Positions 8,116 to 17,895 of a DNA stretch of 64,000 nucleotides are shown piece after piece. The notes beneath the pieces are model-generated. The model did not search any database, was not told where the DNA came from, and saw only the letters and a list, made by a program, of their open reading frames with translations. Source of the stretch: Pseudomonadota bacterium (GTDB lineage: Bacteria; Pseudomonadota; Alphaproteobacteria; Caulobacterales; Caulobacteraceae); the NCBI GenBank assembly GCA_021816155.1, contig JAKAZA010000001.1:6018-70017 (forward strand), read 5' to 3'. Each line of letters starts with the position of its first letter. The stretch's first letter is position 1. Position numbers and translations under genes: made by a program.

Positions 8116-9057
8116 CTAGCCCGCGGTCTTCAGCGGGATTTGCGGCGCCGCGAACACGCCCTTTGAAAGGCCGCCCTCGTAGAGCTCGGCGCTGTCGGGA
8201 TTGGACACCTCGGCTGTCAGGCCCGGCACGTTCGGCACGCGGTAGGCCTCGCCCGGTGCGAGCTGTCGGGCGAAGTAGACCGCGCCGTCGGCGCCCCGAA
8301 TCTCGAGCGAGATCGATTTCCTCGCCTGGATGATCAGGTCCGACGCGCCGGTGGCGGGCCCGTAGATCGCGCCCTGCGCGACGAACGGCTGCGGCGGCGT
8401 GTTCGCCGGCTGCGGCGGGACGGCCGTGTTGGTCGCCGTGCCGTCAGGGCCGGCGATGGGCGTTATGTACGGCGTGGGCGCGCTCGCCTCGGCAGGCGGC
8501 GGCAGCGGCGCGCCGACGTCGAAGGCGGCGTCGGTGGCGGCGTGCGAGCGCGCGATGACGGCGGCCTGGCGCGGCGTCACCGCCGGCGCCTTCTTGGGGG
8601 CGAGCGCCGTCGCATGCAGCGCGACATTCCAGCCGACCGCGGCCAGCACCAGGGCGCCGGCCAGGGCCATCAGCGGTCCGCCGCGAAACGGACGTCTCTC
8701 GTGACGCACGCCGACGGGGGTGTGCAACTCGTCGTCGGGGCTCGGGTACTCGGCGCGGTAGCGCGCGGCGGTGGCGTCGGCGTCGAGTCCCAACGCCTTG
8801 GCGTAGGCGCGCACGTAACCGATGGTGAACGGCCGCGAGGGCAGCAGGTCGAGCCGCGCGTCCTCGATCGCGCCGAGATGCCGGGCCCGCACGCGGGTCT
8901 CTTCTGAGATGTGTTCCAGCGACAGGCCGAGGCCCTGGCGCGCCGCTTTCAGCGCAGCGCCAATCTCGCTCTGCGTGTCGAGCACGACGCGTGGACGACG
9001 CGTCTGCGGCTCCGCGCCGCGCGTCCGTTCCGAGTAAACGCCCGTATCGAGAGGCAT
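8116..9057 (-). CDS. RodZ-like cytoskeleton protein (XRE-type HTH, one TM helix, DUF4115-like C-terminus)
   Basis: HTH IGAALKAARQGLGLSLEHISEETRVRARHLGAIE, TM GGPLMALAGALVLAAVGWNV, Pro/Ala linker and C-terminal beta domain. It sits next to ispG as in many Proteobacteria. Start trimmed to ATG 9057. Confidence 0.75.
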   Translation of the reverse strand: MPLDTGVYSERTRGAEPQTRRPRVVLDTQSEIGAALKAARQGLGLSLEHISEETRVRARHLGAIEDARLDLLPSRPFTIGYVRAYAKALGLDADATAARYRAEYPSPDDELHTPVGVRHERRPFRGGPLMALAGALVLAAVGWNVALHATALAPKKAPAVTPRQAAVIARSHAATDAAFDVGAPLPPPAEASAPTPYITPIAGPDGTATNTAVPPQPANTPPQPFVAQGAIYGPATGASDLIIQARKSISLEIRGADGAVYFARQLAPGEAYRVPNVPGLTAEVSNPDSAELYEGGLSKGVFAAPQIPLKTAG

Positions 9058-9193
9058 CTCGCCTAAAGCCCCGACCTCAAGCCCCGTTTCGCCGACGCAT
9101 GGCGCCGAAGTCCGGCACACTAGGGCGACGCAGGTTAACGCTTCGTTGTGGATAGCAATTAACCCGCGTGAATCCAATCACGTAGCGGTAAAT

Positions 9194-11461
9194 TCACGCC
9201 GCGACATAAAGCTTCCTCGCGAGGGTCTCCATCTCGCCACGAACGGACCCCTGGGTTGCCTTCAGGAGCGTCTCGACTCCTCGGCGAGCGGCTTCGCGGT
9301 CGCATGACAGCACCATCTGCTTGACAGGCCCGACGCCCGCCGGGGGCATGGAGAGGGCTTCGAAGCCGAGGGCCACGAGCGCGAACGCCTCCAGCGGCCG
9401 CCCGGCCATCTCTCCGCACACCGAGACCGGAGTCCCGGTCTCGGCGCAGGCTTCCTGGATGCGCTTGAGGGCCCTCAGCGCCGGGGGCGACAGCGGGTCA
9501 TAGCGGTCGGCGACGCGCGGGTTCCCGCGGTCGGCGGCGAAGAGGTACTGGATCAGGTCATTGGTGCCGACCGAGACGAAATCGGTCATCGGCAGGAGCG
9601 CGTCGAGGTGCCACACCATCGACGGCGCCTCGATCATGGCCCCGACGTCGAGCCGCGAGGGCGGCGCGCGGCCGCGGCGCTCGGCCCAGGCTAGCTCATG
9701 GTCCACGAGGGCGCGGGCGGCGCGGAACTCGTCGACGCTCGCCACCAGGGGGAACATGATTTTCAGCGGCCTGCCGCGCGCCGCGGCGATCAGGGCGCGC
9801 AGTTGCAGGCGCAGCAGCGCCGGGCGGTCGAGGCCCATGCGGATGGCGCGCCAGCCGAGGGCCGGATTGTCCTCGCGCTCCGCCTCCAGGTAGGGCAGCA
9901 CCTTGTCGCCCCCCAGGTCGAGAGTCCTGAACGTCACCGGAAGGTCGCCGGCCGCCTCCAGCACGCGGGCGTAGAGCGCGGCCTGGGCGTTGAAGCGCGG
10001 CAGGTCTTCCGACACCATGAACTGGAACTCGGTGCGGAAGAGGCCGATGCCCTCCGCTCCGGTCTCCGTCAGGGCCGCGAGGTCGACCGCCAGCCCGGCG
10101 TTCATGTAGAGGCCGATCTTGGCCCCGTCGCGAGTGTAGGCCGGCGTGTCGCGAAGCTTGGCGAACTCGGCGCGGCGCTGGTTGCGGACCGTCATCCGCG
10201 CCTGCAGAGCGGTCACGACATCAACGCGCGGGCGCAGGTAGGCTTCCCCGGTCTCGCCGTCCACGATCACAGGGTCGCCCTCGCTCACCCGGTCGCGCAG
10301 GCCCGGCAGCCGACCGACGCAGGGAATGTCGAGCGCCCGCGCGACGATCGCCGCGTGGCTGGCGGGCGAGCCCTCCTCCAGAAGCAGACCCTTCAGCTTG
10401 GCGCGGTCGTATTCCAGCAGATCGGCCGGCCCCAGGCTGCGCGCGATGAGGATGGCGTTGTCGGGCAGGGCGCGAGCCTTGCCGCCGTTGCCGGCGAGGT
10501 GACGCAGCAGACGGTCGTTGAGGTCCTCGAGGTCGTGCACCCGTTCGCGCAGGTAGGGGTCGCGCGCCTGGCCGAGGCCGGCGCGATGCTCGTTGCGCAC
10601 CCGCTCGACCGCCGCTTCCGCCGTGACGCCCGACCGCACGGCCTCGACCAGCGAGTGGTTCCAGCTGCGGCTGTGGGCCAGCATCTTGTACGTTTCGAGC
10701 AGGTCGTACGACGGGCCCAGGACCGCCTGGTGCCCCTCGAGCATCTCGTCGATCTGGGCCTGGAGCTCGGCGATCGCGGTCTTCAGCCGCGCCTCCTCGG
10801 CGGCCGGGTCGTCGCTGAGCAGCTGCCCGATCGCCACCGGCGCCTCGTGCAGCACGGCGACGCCCAGTGCGAGGCCGTCCGCCAGCCTCTGCCCGCGCAT
10901 CCGCTCCGGGCGCTGCGGGGCCAGCTCGACATCCTTCAGCTGGGTCGGATCGAGCACGTCGCCGGCCGAGACCATCTCGGCCAGCACCATGGCGATGATC
11001 TGCAGGTCCTCGACCTCGTCCTCGCCATAGACGCGGCTCGTCCGGTTCTGCACCACGATCACGCCGATCGCCCGACCGCCGCGCAGAAGCGGCACGCCGA
11101 GGAAGGAATGGAACGGGTCCTCGCCGGTTTCGGGCCGGTAGGAGAAGGCCGGATGGGACGGCGCGTCCGAGAGGTTCAGCGGGCGGCCCTGACGCATGAT
11201 CTCGCCCACCAGGCCCTCGCCCGGCTTCATGCGCGTGACGTGCACGGCGCCGGGGTCGAGGCCCTCGGTGGCGAACAGCTCCATCTCGCCGGACTTGCGA
11301 GCCAGGTAGAGCGAGCAGACCTCGGCGACCATCGAGACGGCGATGATCCGCACCACCATGTCGAGCTTGGCTTGAGCCGGACCGGCGCCGGCCATGGCCT
11401 CGCGTATCTGCCGCAGCAGACTGCGGGGTCCGCGGATGGCGATGCCGGGCGCGGGGGACAT
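9194..11461 (-). CDS. ptsP: Phosphoenolpyruvate-protein phosphotransferase EI-Ntr (GAF + PEP-utilising domains)
   Basis: N-terminal GAF region, phospho-His context GSPASHAAIVARAL, and C-terminal FVSVGTNDLIQY. Start trimmed to ATG 11461 (MSPAPGIAIRGPRSLLRQIREAM). Confidence 0.9.
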   Translation of the reverse strand: MSPAPGIAIRGPRSLLRQIREAMAGAGPAQAKLDMVVRIIAVSMVAEVCSLYLARKSGEMELFATEGLDPGAVHVTRMKPGEGLVGEIMRQGRPLNLSDAPSHPAFSYRPETGEDPFHSFLGVPLLRGGRAIGVIVVQNRTSRVYGEDEVEDLQIIAMVLAEMVSAGDVLDPTQLKDVELAPQRPERMRGQRLADGLALGVAVLHEAPVAIGQLLSDDPAAEEARLKTAIAELQAQIDEMLEGHQAVLGPSYDLLETYKMLAHSRSWNHSLVEAVRSGVTAEAAVERVRNEHRAGLGQARDPYLRERVHDLEDLNDRLLRHLAGNGGKARALPDNAILIARSLGPADLLEYDRAKLKGLLLEEGSPASHAAIVARALDIPCVGRLPGLRDRVSEGDPVIVDGETGEAYLRPRVDVVTALQARMTVRNQRRAEFAKLRDTPAYTRDGAKIGLYMNAGLAVDLAALTETGAEGIGLFRTEFQFMVSEDLPRFNAQAALYARVLEAAGDLPVTFRTLDLGGDKVLPYLEAEREDNPALGWRAIRMGLDRPALLRLQLRALIAAARGRPLKIMFPLVASVDEFRAARALVDHELAWAERRGRAPPSRLDVGAMIEAPSMVWHLDALLPMTDFVSVGTNDLIQYLFAADRGNPRVADRYDPLSPPALRALKRIQEACAETGTPVSVCGEMAGRPLEAFALVALGFEALSMPPAGVGPVKQMVLSCDREAARRGVETLLKATQGSVRGEMETLARKLYVAA

Positions 11462-11762
11462 GACCTGGGCGCTTTCTCCCGAACGTTGGGTCGGCCTATA
11501 GCAGGTTTTCGGCAAGGCGACGTGACGGCGTCGGCTCTTCGCCCGCAGCGAGCGGAACGCCCGACCTTCAGCGACCCGTCCCGCCTCATCTGGGGCGCCC
11601 GAGATCAAGTTCAAGAACCGCCGTCGCCGGACGCGCCCGCGCCGGCAGCCCCCCCGGCGGATGAATCATCCGCATGCGGGAGGCGCGTTTCGCGCCATTT
11701 CTCGGGAGCGGCTGAGTTTCCGCGCTTTACAGGGCGCGGCGGGCGCCCGAGGTACGCCGTCC

Positions 11763-12995
11763 ATGGCGAACATGAGCCGTGTCGGGCGTTGGATCATTGG
11801 CGGCCTCGCCCTTGGGGTCGCCCTCGCGGGGTGCCAGCGATCGAGGCCGGAACACGCGCGTCATCCCGATCGCGGCGCTCAGAGCGTGACCGCGCCCCCC
11901 ATCGATGCGGCGGTCCGGGCGCGGCGGATACAGGCCGAAGCGCATCGCATCTACCTCGACAGCGAGGCCAACGGCATGGTGGTCAGCGTGGTCACCTCCG
12001 ATGGCCACGGCTTCATCGGCGGCTTCGGTCACGCGGGCCGGGGCGTCGGTCCGCCGCCCGACGCCAGGACCTTGGTGCGGCTGCAGTCGATCTCCAAGCT
12101 CTTCGACTGCGACCTGTTCTCGGCGCTGGTCGCCGCCGGCCGCGTCCGGCTCACCGATCCGCTCCGGCTTTACGCTCCGCCCGGACGCACCGTGCCGCCG
12201 CCCGCCAACGGGGGGCCGGAGATCACGCTGCTCAATCTAGCCACCCACACCAGCGGTCTGCCGCGCGAGGGCATCCGTCCGGTGAATTCGGCGGCGCAGG
12301 CGCAGACGCTGCGCTGGATATGGCTCGCCAGCCAGAAGAACCTTCCGCCGGCCGGCCAGGACGCGGTGTACTCCAACATCGGGTTCGACCTCTTGGGCGA
12401 TGCGCTGTCGTCTGCGGCCAGGATGCCATACGCCGTCGCGCTGCGGGCGACGGTGACCGGGCCGCTCGGCATGTCCGATACGACGTCAACGCCGACCACC
12501 GAGCAATGCGCGAGGATGCTTTCGCCCGACCCTGACCGCGCGCCGTTTCCCTGCAAGGACCAGTCCTGGGAGGAGGCGAGCGGCGGACTCTATTCGACGG
12601 CGAGCGACATGACGCGATGGATCAGGGCGCAGGTGGCGCCGGGCGCCGCCGACGATCGCCGCCGGATCAGCCAGGCGGTCTATGTCCAGCGCGCGTCGCT
12701 GAAGGAGGCCTACGGCTTCGACCACGCCGGTCACGCCAATGCGCTCGGTCTCGCCTGGGTCGAGTTGCTCCCGACGGCCGACCACCCACGCGTCCTCGAG
12801 AAGACCGGGGGCGGCGATGGCTTCCTGAGCTACATCGTGATCGACCCGGCGAACCACACCGGCGTTTTCGTGGCCTTCGACCATCTCGGCGGTCTGCGCC
12901 TGCCGGTCGTGGCCAGGGACGCGAACGCATTCATCGGCGTCCTGGACGCGCTGGACGGCCGCGCTCCTGCGTCCGCTCCGCTTTCACCGCGATGA
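11763..12995 (+). CDS. Beta-lactamase-fold serine hydrolase (class C / DD-peptidase-like), lipoprotein
   Basis: Lipobox LALGVALAGC after ATG 11763. S-x-x-K motif in LQSISKLF. General AmpC/PBP-like layout. Confidence 0.8.
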   Translation: MANMSRVGRWIIGGLALGVALAGCQRSRPEHARHPDRGAQSVTAPPIDAAVRARRIQAEAHRIYLDSEANGMVVSVVTSDGHGFIGGFGHAGRGVGPPPDARTLVRLQSISKLFDCDLFSALVAAGRVRLTDPLRLYAPPGRTVPPPANGGPEITLLNLATHTSGLPREGIRPVNSAAQAQTLRWIWLASQKNLPPAGQDAVYSNIGFDLLGDALSSAARMPYAVALRATVTGPLGMSDTTSTPTTEQCARMLSPDPDRAPFPCKDQSWEEASGGLYSTASDMTRWIRAQVAPGAADDRRRISQAVYVQRASLKEAYGFDHAGHANALGLAWVELLPTADHPRVLEKTGGGDGFLSYIVIDPANHTGVFVAFDHLGGLRLPVVARDANAFIGVLDALDGRAPASAPLSPR

Positions 12996-14380
12996 CGACG
13001 GCGCGGGCGGAGCTGCATCCGGATGGCTTGCCTTCGCCCCGCCGCTGGTGGGCGGCGCTGGCGGTCTGGCTGAGCATATCGATGACGGTGCTCGACTCGT
13101 CGATCGCCAACGTCGCCCTGCCCACGATCGCCCGTCAGTTCGGCGCTGCGCCGTCGGAGTCGATCTGGATCGTGAACGCCTACCAGCTGGCGATCGTGAC
13201 CACCCTGCTGCCGCTGGCCTCGCTCGGCGAGATCGTCGGCTACCGGCTCGTCTACCGCGCCGGCATCGTGCTCTTCACCTGCGCGTCGCTCGTCTGCGCC
13301 TTCTCGCACTCGATGGGCATGCTGACTCTCGCCCGCACGGTGCAAGGGCTGGGCGCCGGCGGCGTGATGAGCGTCAACGGCGCGCTCGTGCGGCACATCT
13401 ACCCGCACCGTCAGCTCGGCCAGGGCATCGGGCTCAACGCGATGGTCGTGTCGGCCGCCTCTGCGATCGGGCCCACCATAGCCGCCGGCATCCTGGCGAT
13501 CGGGCCATGGCAGTGGCTGTTCGGCATCAACATCCCGATCGGGCTCGCCTCGGTGGCCGTCGGCTGGCTGAGCCTGCCGGAGAACGAGCTGTCGCCGCGC
13601 CGCTTCGACTGGCTGTCGGCGGCCCTCAACGCCCTCATGTTCGGCCTCGTCATCAACGGCGTCGACGTGCTGAGCCGCACGCAGGCGAGGCTGGCCGGCG
13701 CCCTGGAGACGCTGGGCGGGATCGTCGTCGGCGCGCTTCTGGTGCTGCGCGAGCTTGGCCGCCCGCGCCCGCTGGTGCCGCTGGACCTGCTGCGCAATCC
13801 GATGTTCGCGCTCTCGGTCGCGACCTCGACCGCCTCGTTCTCCGCACAGATGCTGGCCTTCGTTGCGCTTCCGTTCCGCTTCGAGAACGTGCTGCACTTC
13901 AGCCAGGTCGAGACCGGCCTGCTGCTCACGCCGTGGCCCGCGGCGGTGGGGCTGATGGCCCCTGTCGCGGGCTGGCTCGCCGACCGAATGTCGACGCCGA
14001 TCCTCTGCGCGCTCGGGCTGGCCGTTTTCTGCGGCGGGCTGGCCGCCCTGGCGCTGACGCCGGCCGCGCCTTCGGCGTTCGACATCGGCTGGCGCATGGC
14101 GATGTGCGGAACCGGCTTCGGCCTCTTCCAGTCGCCTAACAACCGCATGATGCTGACGTCCGCGCCGCGGGAGCGGGCGGGCGCCGCCGGCGGCATGCTG
14201 GGGACGGCCAGGCTGACCGGCCAGACCTGCGGCGCGGTGCTGATCGCCATCCTTCTCCACTTCTTCGGCGACGCCGGCGAAGAAGTGGGCCTCTGGATCG
14301 CCGCGGTCTTCGCGGCCGCCGCCGCGGCCGTCAGCCTGTCGCGGACGGCCGTACGCGTCGCAGAGGCCGCGCCCGTCTAG
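12992..14380 (+). CDS. MFS transporter, DHA2 (EmrB/QacA-like, 14-TMS) type
   Basis: MTTARAEL...WWAALAVWLSISMTVLDSSIANVALPTIARQF is typical of DHA2 exporters, with many TM segments. ATG 12992 overlaps the upstream stop (ATGA). Confidence 0.85.
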   Translation: MTTARAELHPDGLPSPRRWWAALAVWLSISMTVLDSSIANVALPTIARQFGAAPSESIWIVNAYQLAIVTTLLPLASLGEIVGYRLVYRAGIVLFTCASLVCAFSHSMGMLTLARTVQGLGAGGVMSVNGALVRHIYPHRQLGQGIGLNAMVVSAASAIGPTIAAGILAIGPWQWLFGINIPIGLASVAVGWLSLPENELSPRRFDWLSAALNALMFGLVINGVDVLSRTQARLAGALETLGGIVVGALLVLRELGRPRPLVPLDLLRNPMFALSVATSTASFSAQMLAFVALPFRFENVLHFSQVETGLLLTPWPAAVGLMAPVAGWLADRMSTPILCALGLAVFCGGLAALALTPAAPSAFDIGWRMAMCGTGFGLFQSPNNRMMLTSAPRERAGAAGGMLGTARLTGQTCGAVLIAILLHFFGDAGEEVGLWIAAVFAAAAAAVSLSRTAVRVAEAAPV

Positions 14381-14423
14381 CCGGCTCGCCCGAACGGCCG
14401 GCCTGAGGCACACTGGCGGCGCC

Positions 14424-15101
14424 ATGAAGCTGCTGGTTGTCGAAGACGACAGGGAGGCGGGCGCCTACGTCAAGCGGGCGCTCGCGGAGGCCGGCCACAC
14501 CGTCGACCACGCCGCCGGGGGGCGCGAGGGGCTGATGCTCGCCGCGGGCGAGCCCTACGACGTGATCGTGCTCGACCGCATGCTGCCCGAGATGGACGGT
14601 CTGGCGATCCTGCGCACCATCCGCGCCTCCGGCGTGAAGACGCCCGTGCTGCTGCTGACCGCGCTCGGCGGCATCGACGACCGGGTCGAAGGACTCGAGG
14701 CCGGCGGCGACGACTACCTAGTCAAGCCGTTCGCCATCGCCGAACTGATGGCGCGGCTCAACGCGCTGGCGCGTCGCCCGCCGCCGCAGGAGGCGCCGAC
14801 CACGCTGCAGGTGGCCGACCTGCGGCTGGACCGGCTGACTCGCCAGGTGACCCGCGGCGGCGCGCGCATCGACCTGCAGCCGCGCGAATTCCAGCTGCTC
14901 GAATACCTGATGCGCCATGCGGGGCGGGTGGTCACGCGGACGATGCTGCTGGAAGGCGTGTGGGAGTTCCACTTCGACCCCAAGACCAACATTGTCGAGA
15001 CGCACATGAGCCGGCTCCGGGCGAAGATCGACCGCGGCCGCAAGCCGGAGCTGATCCACACGGTGCGCGGCGCCGGCTACAGCCTGCGCGAGGGCCCCTG
15101 A
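14424..15101 (+). CDS. OmpR/PhoB-family DNA-binding response regulator
   Basis: Receiver (LLVVEDD, VIVLDRMLP, DDYLVKPF) plus winged-helix output (LQPREFQLLEYLMRH...VWEFHFDPKTNIVETHMSRLRAKID...TVRGAGY). Confidence 0.9.
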   Translation: MKLLVVEDDREAGAYVKRALAEAGHTVDHAAGGREGLMLAAGEPYDVIVLDRMLPEMDGLAILRTIRASGVKTPVLLLTALGGIDDRVEGLEAGGDDYLVKPFAIAELMARLNALARRPPPQEAPTTLQVADLRLDRLTRQVTRGGARIDLQPREFQLLEYLMRHAGRVVTRTMLLEGVWEFHFDPKTNIVETHMSRLRAKIDRGRKPELIHTVRGAGYSLREGP

Positions 15102-15102
15102 C

Positions 15103-16476
15103 GTGTTCCGTTCGGCCAGCGTCCGGCTTGCGGCGCTCTACACGGCCGCCTTCGCGCTCTCCGTGGTGGCGCTGGGCGCGGCGACGCTCTTCACCATCAG
15201 GGCCGCGCTCGAGCGCCAGTTCGACGACCGCATCTACGCCGAGGCGCTGGCGCTGGCGCAGGAATTTCGCACCGAGGGACTCTCGGGCGTCGTGCAGGCG
15301 GTCGGCGAGCGCGACCGCACGCCCGGCGCGTTGGACTACGGCCTCGAGGGGCCTCGCGGCGAGGCGGTGGCCGGGCGCCTGGCCGGCGCGCACGCGCCGC
15401 TCGGGTGGTCGAACCTGCCGCCGCCGCACGGCGGCGGAGAGGCCGTCCACCTGTTCACCATCCAGCTGCCCGAAGGCTACCGGCTCGAGGTCGGCGACGT
15501 CGATTCGCGCAACGACGCGGTGGAGCGGACCGTCATTGTCGGCTTCGGCTGGGCCTTTGCAGGCGTGGTCGTCCTGGGCATGCTCGGCGGCTACGGCCTC
15601 GGCTACGGGGTGCACAGGCGGCTCGCGGCGATGACGGGCGCGGCCGAGGCCATCATCGATGGAGACTTCGCCCGCCGCATCCCGGTGCGCGGCTCGCACG
15701 ACGACCTCGATCGTCTCGCGCTCACCTTCAATCGCATGCTCGACCGGATCGCCACGCTGATGGAGAGCCTGCGGCAGGTCTCGACCGATATCGCCCACGA
15801 TCTGAGGACGCCGCTCACGCGCCTCAGGCAGCGCCTGGAAGCCAGCCGCGGGATCCGCTCGGGCGCGGAGCAGGACGCGGTGACGGCGAGCGCGCTGGAC
15901 GACCTCGACGCCATCCTCGACACCTTCGCGGCGCTGTTGCGCATCGCGCAGATCGAGGGCGGCGCACGGCGCGCGGCGTTCCGCACCGTCGACCTGGCGC
16001 GGCTCGCGGAGACCGTCGTCCAGGACTTCGCTCCCTCCGCGGAGGACGCCGGCCAGCGGCTGCGCCTGCGCGCCGACGACCCGGTCACTGTCGAGGGGGA
16101 TCGGGAGCTCCTGACCCAGATGCTCGTCAATCTGGTGGAGAACGCGCTGCGCCACGCCGGCTCCCAGGCGCAGGTGGAAGTCGGAGTCGAGCGGCTGGCG
16201 CGCGGAGCGGTGGTCTCGGTGCGCGACGACGGCCCCGGCGTGCCGCCCGCCGAGCGCGAGCGCGTCTTCGACCGCTTCTACCGCCTCGAGCGCAGCCGTT
16301 CGACGCCTGGCAGCGGGCTCGGGCTCGCGCTGGTCGCGGCCGTGGCGCGGCTTCACGGCGCGGTGGTCAGTCTGGCCGACGCGGCGCCTGGCCTCGACGT
16401 GCGGGTCGCCTTCGACGTGCGGGGCCCGCGCAACATTGGCGTTTCCCAATCTGTCGGACACCTTCCCGTCAACTGA
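15103..16476 (+). CDS. Sensor histidine kinase (two TM helices, HAMP, HisKA, HATPase_c)
   Basis: H-box VSTDIAHDLRTPLTRL, N-box LVNLVENALRHA, G-boxes DDGPGVP and GSGLGLALV. GTG start lies 1 nt after the regulator stop. Confidence 0.9.
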   Translation: MFRSASVRLAALYTAAFALSVVALGAATLFTIRAALERQFDDRIYAEALALAQEFRTEGLSGVVQAVGERDRTPGALDYGLEGPRGEAVAGRLAGAHAPLGWSNLPPPHGGGEAVHLFTIQLPEGYRLEVGDVDSRNDAVERTVIVGFGWAFAGVVVLGMLGGYGLGYGVHRRLAAMTGAAEAIIDGDFARRIPVRGSHDDLDRLALTFNRMLDRIATLMESLRQVSTDIAHDLRTPLTRLRQRLEASRGIRSGAEQDAVTASALDDLDAILDTFAALLRIAQIEGGARRAAFRTVDLARLAETVVQDFAPSAEDAGQRLRLRADDPVTVEGDRELLTQMLVNLVENALRHAGSQAQVEVGVERLARGAVVSVRDDGPGVPPAERERVFDRFYRLERSRSTPGSGLGLALVAAVARLHGAVVSLADAAPGLDVRVAFDVRGPRNIGVSQSVGHLPVN

Positions 16477-16539
16477 GCTCGCCTAACAGCTGCGCACGGC
16501 TGCGCCGCAGACGCGGACCGCGAGAACCGGAGGAAGCCG

Positions 16540-17895
16540 ATCATCCGAGGCGCGGTCACGTGCGGTATCGCTGCGGCGCTCGCCCTGTCCGCCTGCGCCC
16601 ACTACCGTTCCGCGCCCCTGGCGGCCCGGCCAGACGTGAAGCCCGCGATCGCTGGCCTGACCACAGACGTCGCGCGGCTCAAGCTCGCGCCTCTGCCGCC
16701 GCTGAGGATCGACCCGGCCGCCGGTCTCACGCCCCTGGCTGTGGCCGACCTGGCGGTGCTGAACAACCCCGACCTGAGAGCCAGGCGCGTCGCGCTCGGC
16801 GTGGCCGCGGCGCAGGTCTTCGCGGCCGGCATTCTGCCCGATCCGCAGCTGACGCCGAGCTTCGACCAGCCCTATGCAGGCCCGGACAGGTACACTGCCT
16901 TCGGCTTCCAGCCGAGTTACGACCTCGCGTCGCTGATCCAGCTGGCCGACGCCGAGGCTGCAGCGCGCTTCACCGCCCGGCAGGGCAATCTCGACGAACT
17001 CTGGGCGGAGTGGACCACCGCCCAGCAGGCCCGGCAGCTGGCGGAGACCGCGCTGGCGAACGAGACGCGCGCCGCCTTGCTGCGCCGCATACTGGTCGTA
17101 GCGGCCGACCGGTCCGCGAGATCCCAGCAGGCGGCGGCGCGCGGGGATTCGACCGCCGCCGCCGCCGCGGCCGACCTCGCGGCCGACCTCGACCTCGAAG
17201 CCCAGGTCGCGGCCGCCGAGGACGCCGCCGCGAAGGCCAGGCGTGACCTCAACGCGCTCGTCGGCCTGACGCCCGACGTGCGGTTGCCACTCGTGGAGGA
17301 CGTCGCGCCGCGCGGCTATAATCGCCGCGCGATCGCGCGCGACCTGGCGAGCTTGCCGTCTCGGCGCCCCGACCTCCTGGCTTTGCAGGCCGGTTACGCT
17401 GCCCAGGACGCCACGCTGCGCAAGGCGATCCTCGCCGAGTTCCCGCTGGCTCAGATCGCCTTCAACATCGCCCGAGACACGACGCCCACCGCCTCGCTCG
17501 GCCTCTCCGCCGTGATGGCCGTGCCGATCTTCAACCAGGCCCGCGGCGCCGTCCGCGTCGCCGAGGCGACGCGCGCCCAGCTGCGGGCCGAGTACCAGGC
17601 GAGACTCGATCAGGCGGCGGCCGACGTGCGCGACGCCGAGGCCAATCTGGTGCGCGCCGAGGCCGAGGCCGCGAGGCTTCGCGCAGAGACGCCGCAGCTC
17701 GAGGCGATGCTGCGCCCGGCGCCGGCGGCGCGGGCCCGAGGCGACATCGACAGCCAGACCTACCTCGGCCTGGTTCAGACCGTCGTCTCCAAGGAGGCGG
17801 ACCTGCAGGATCGCGAACTTGCCGCGCGCATGGCCGAGATCGCGCTCGAAACCGACCTCTTCGCGCCGCCGATGCAGCTAGGGAGATCGTCGTGA
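16540..17895 (+). CDS. Efflux outer-membrane factor lipoprotein (TolC/NodT/CzcC-like); proposed non-canonical ATC start
   Basis: The track ORF 16636..17895 has the coiled, Ala/Leu/Arg-rich OMF pattern. In frame upstream, with no ATG/GTG/TTG, lies IIRGAVTCGIAAALALSAC (lipobox LSAC). It is preceded by GGAGGAAG (16529-16536), 6 nt before ATC 16540. Confidence 0.8.
   Translation: MIRGAVTCGIAAALALSACAHYRSAPLAARPDVKPAIAGLTTDVARLKLAPLPPLRIDPAAGLTPLAVADLAVLNNPDLRARRVALGVAAAQVFAAGILPDPQLTPSFDQPYAGPDRYTAFGFQPSYDLASLIQLADAEAAARFTARQGNLDELWAEWTTAQQARQLAETALANETRAALLRRILVVAADRSARSQQAAARGDSTAAAAAADLAADLDLEAQVAAAEDAAAKARRDLNALVGLTPDVRLPLVEDVAPRGYNRRAIARDLASLPSRRPDLLALQAGYAAQDATLRKAILAEFPLAQIAFNIARDTTPTASLGLSAVMAVPIFNQARGAVRVAEATRAQLRAEYQARLDQAAADVRDAEANLVRAEAEAARLRAETPQLEAMLRPAPAARARGDIDSQTYLGLVQTVVSKEADLQDRELAARMAEIALETDLFAPPMQLGRSS

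Noticed and set aside
9698-12535. 945-aa + strand ORF
   Set aside because: It is antisense to ptsP and then out of frame through the beta-lactamase-fold gene. The translation is Arg/Gly/Ala/Pro-rich with no motifs.
12830-14425. 531-aa minus-strand ORF
   Set aside because: It is antisense to the DHA2 MFS gene, whose + frame shows clear TM periodicity. The antisense translation is Arg/Gly/Pro/Asp-rich.
15405-17246. 613-aa + strand ORF spanning the kinase/OMF junction
   Set aside because: It is an alternative frame of two well-supported genes, and its product is extremely Arg/Pro/Gly-rich.
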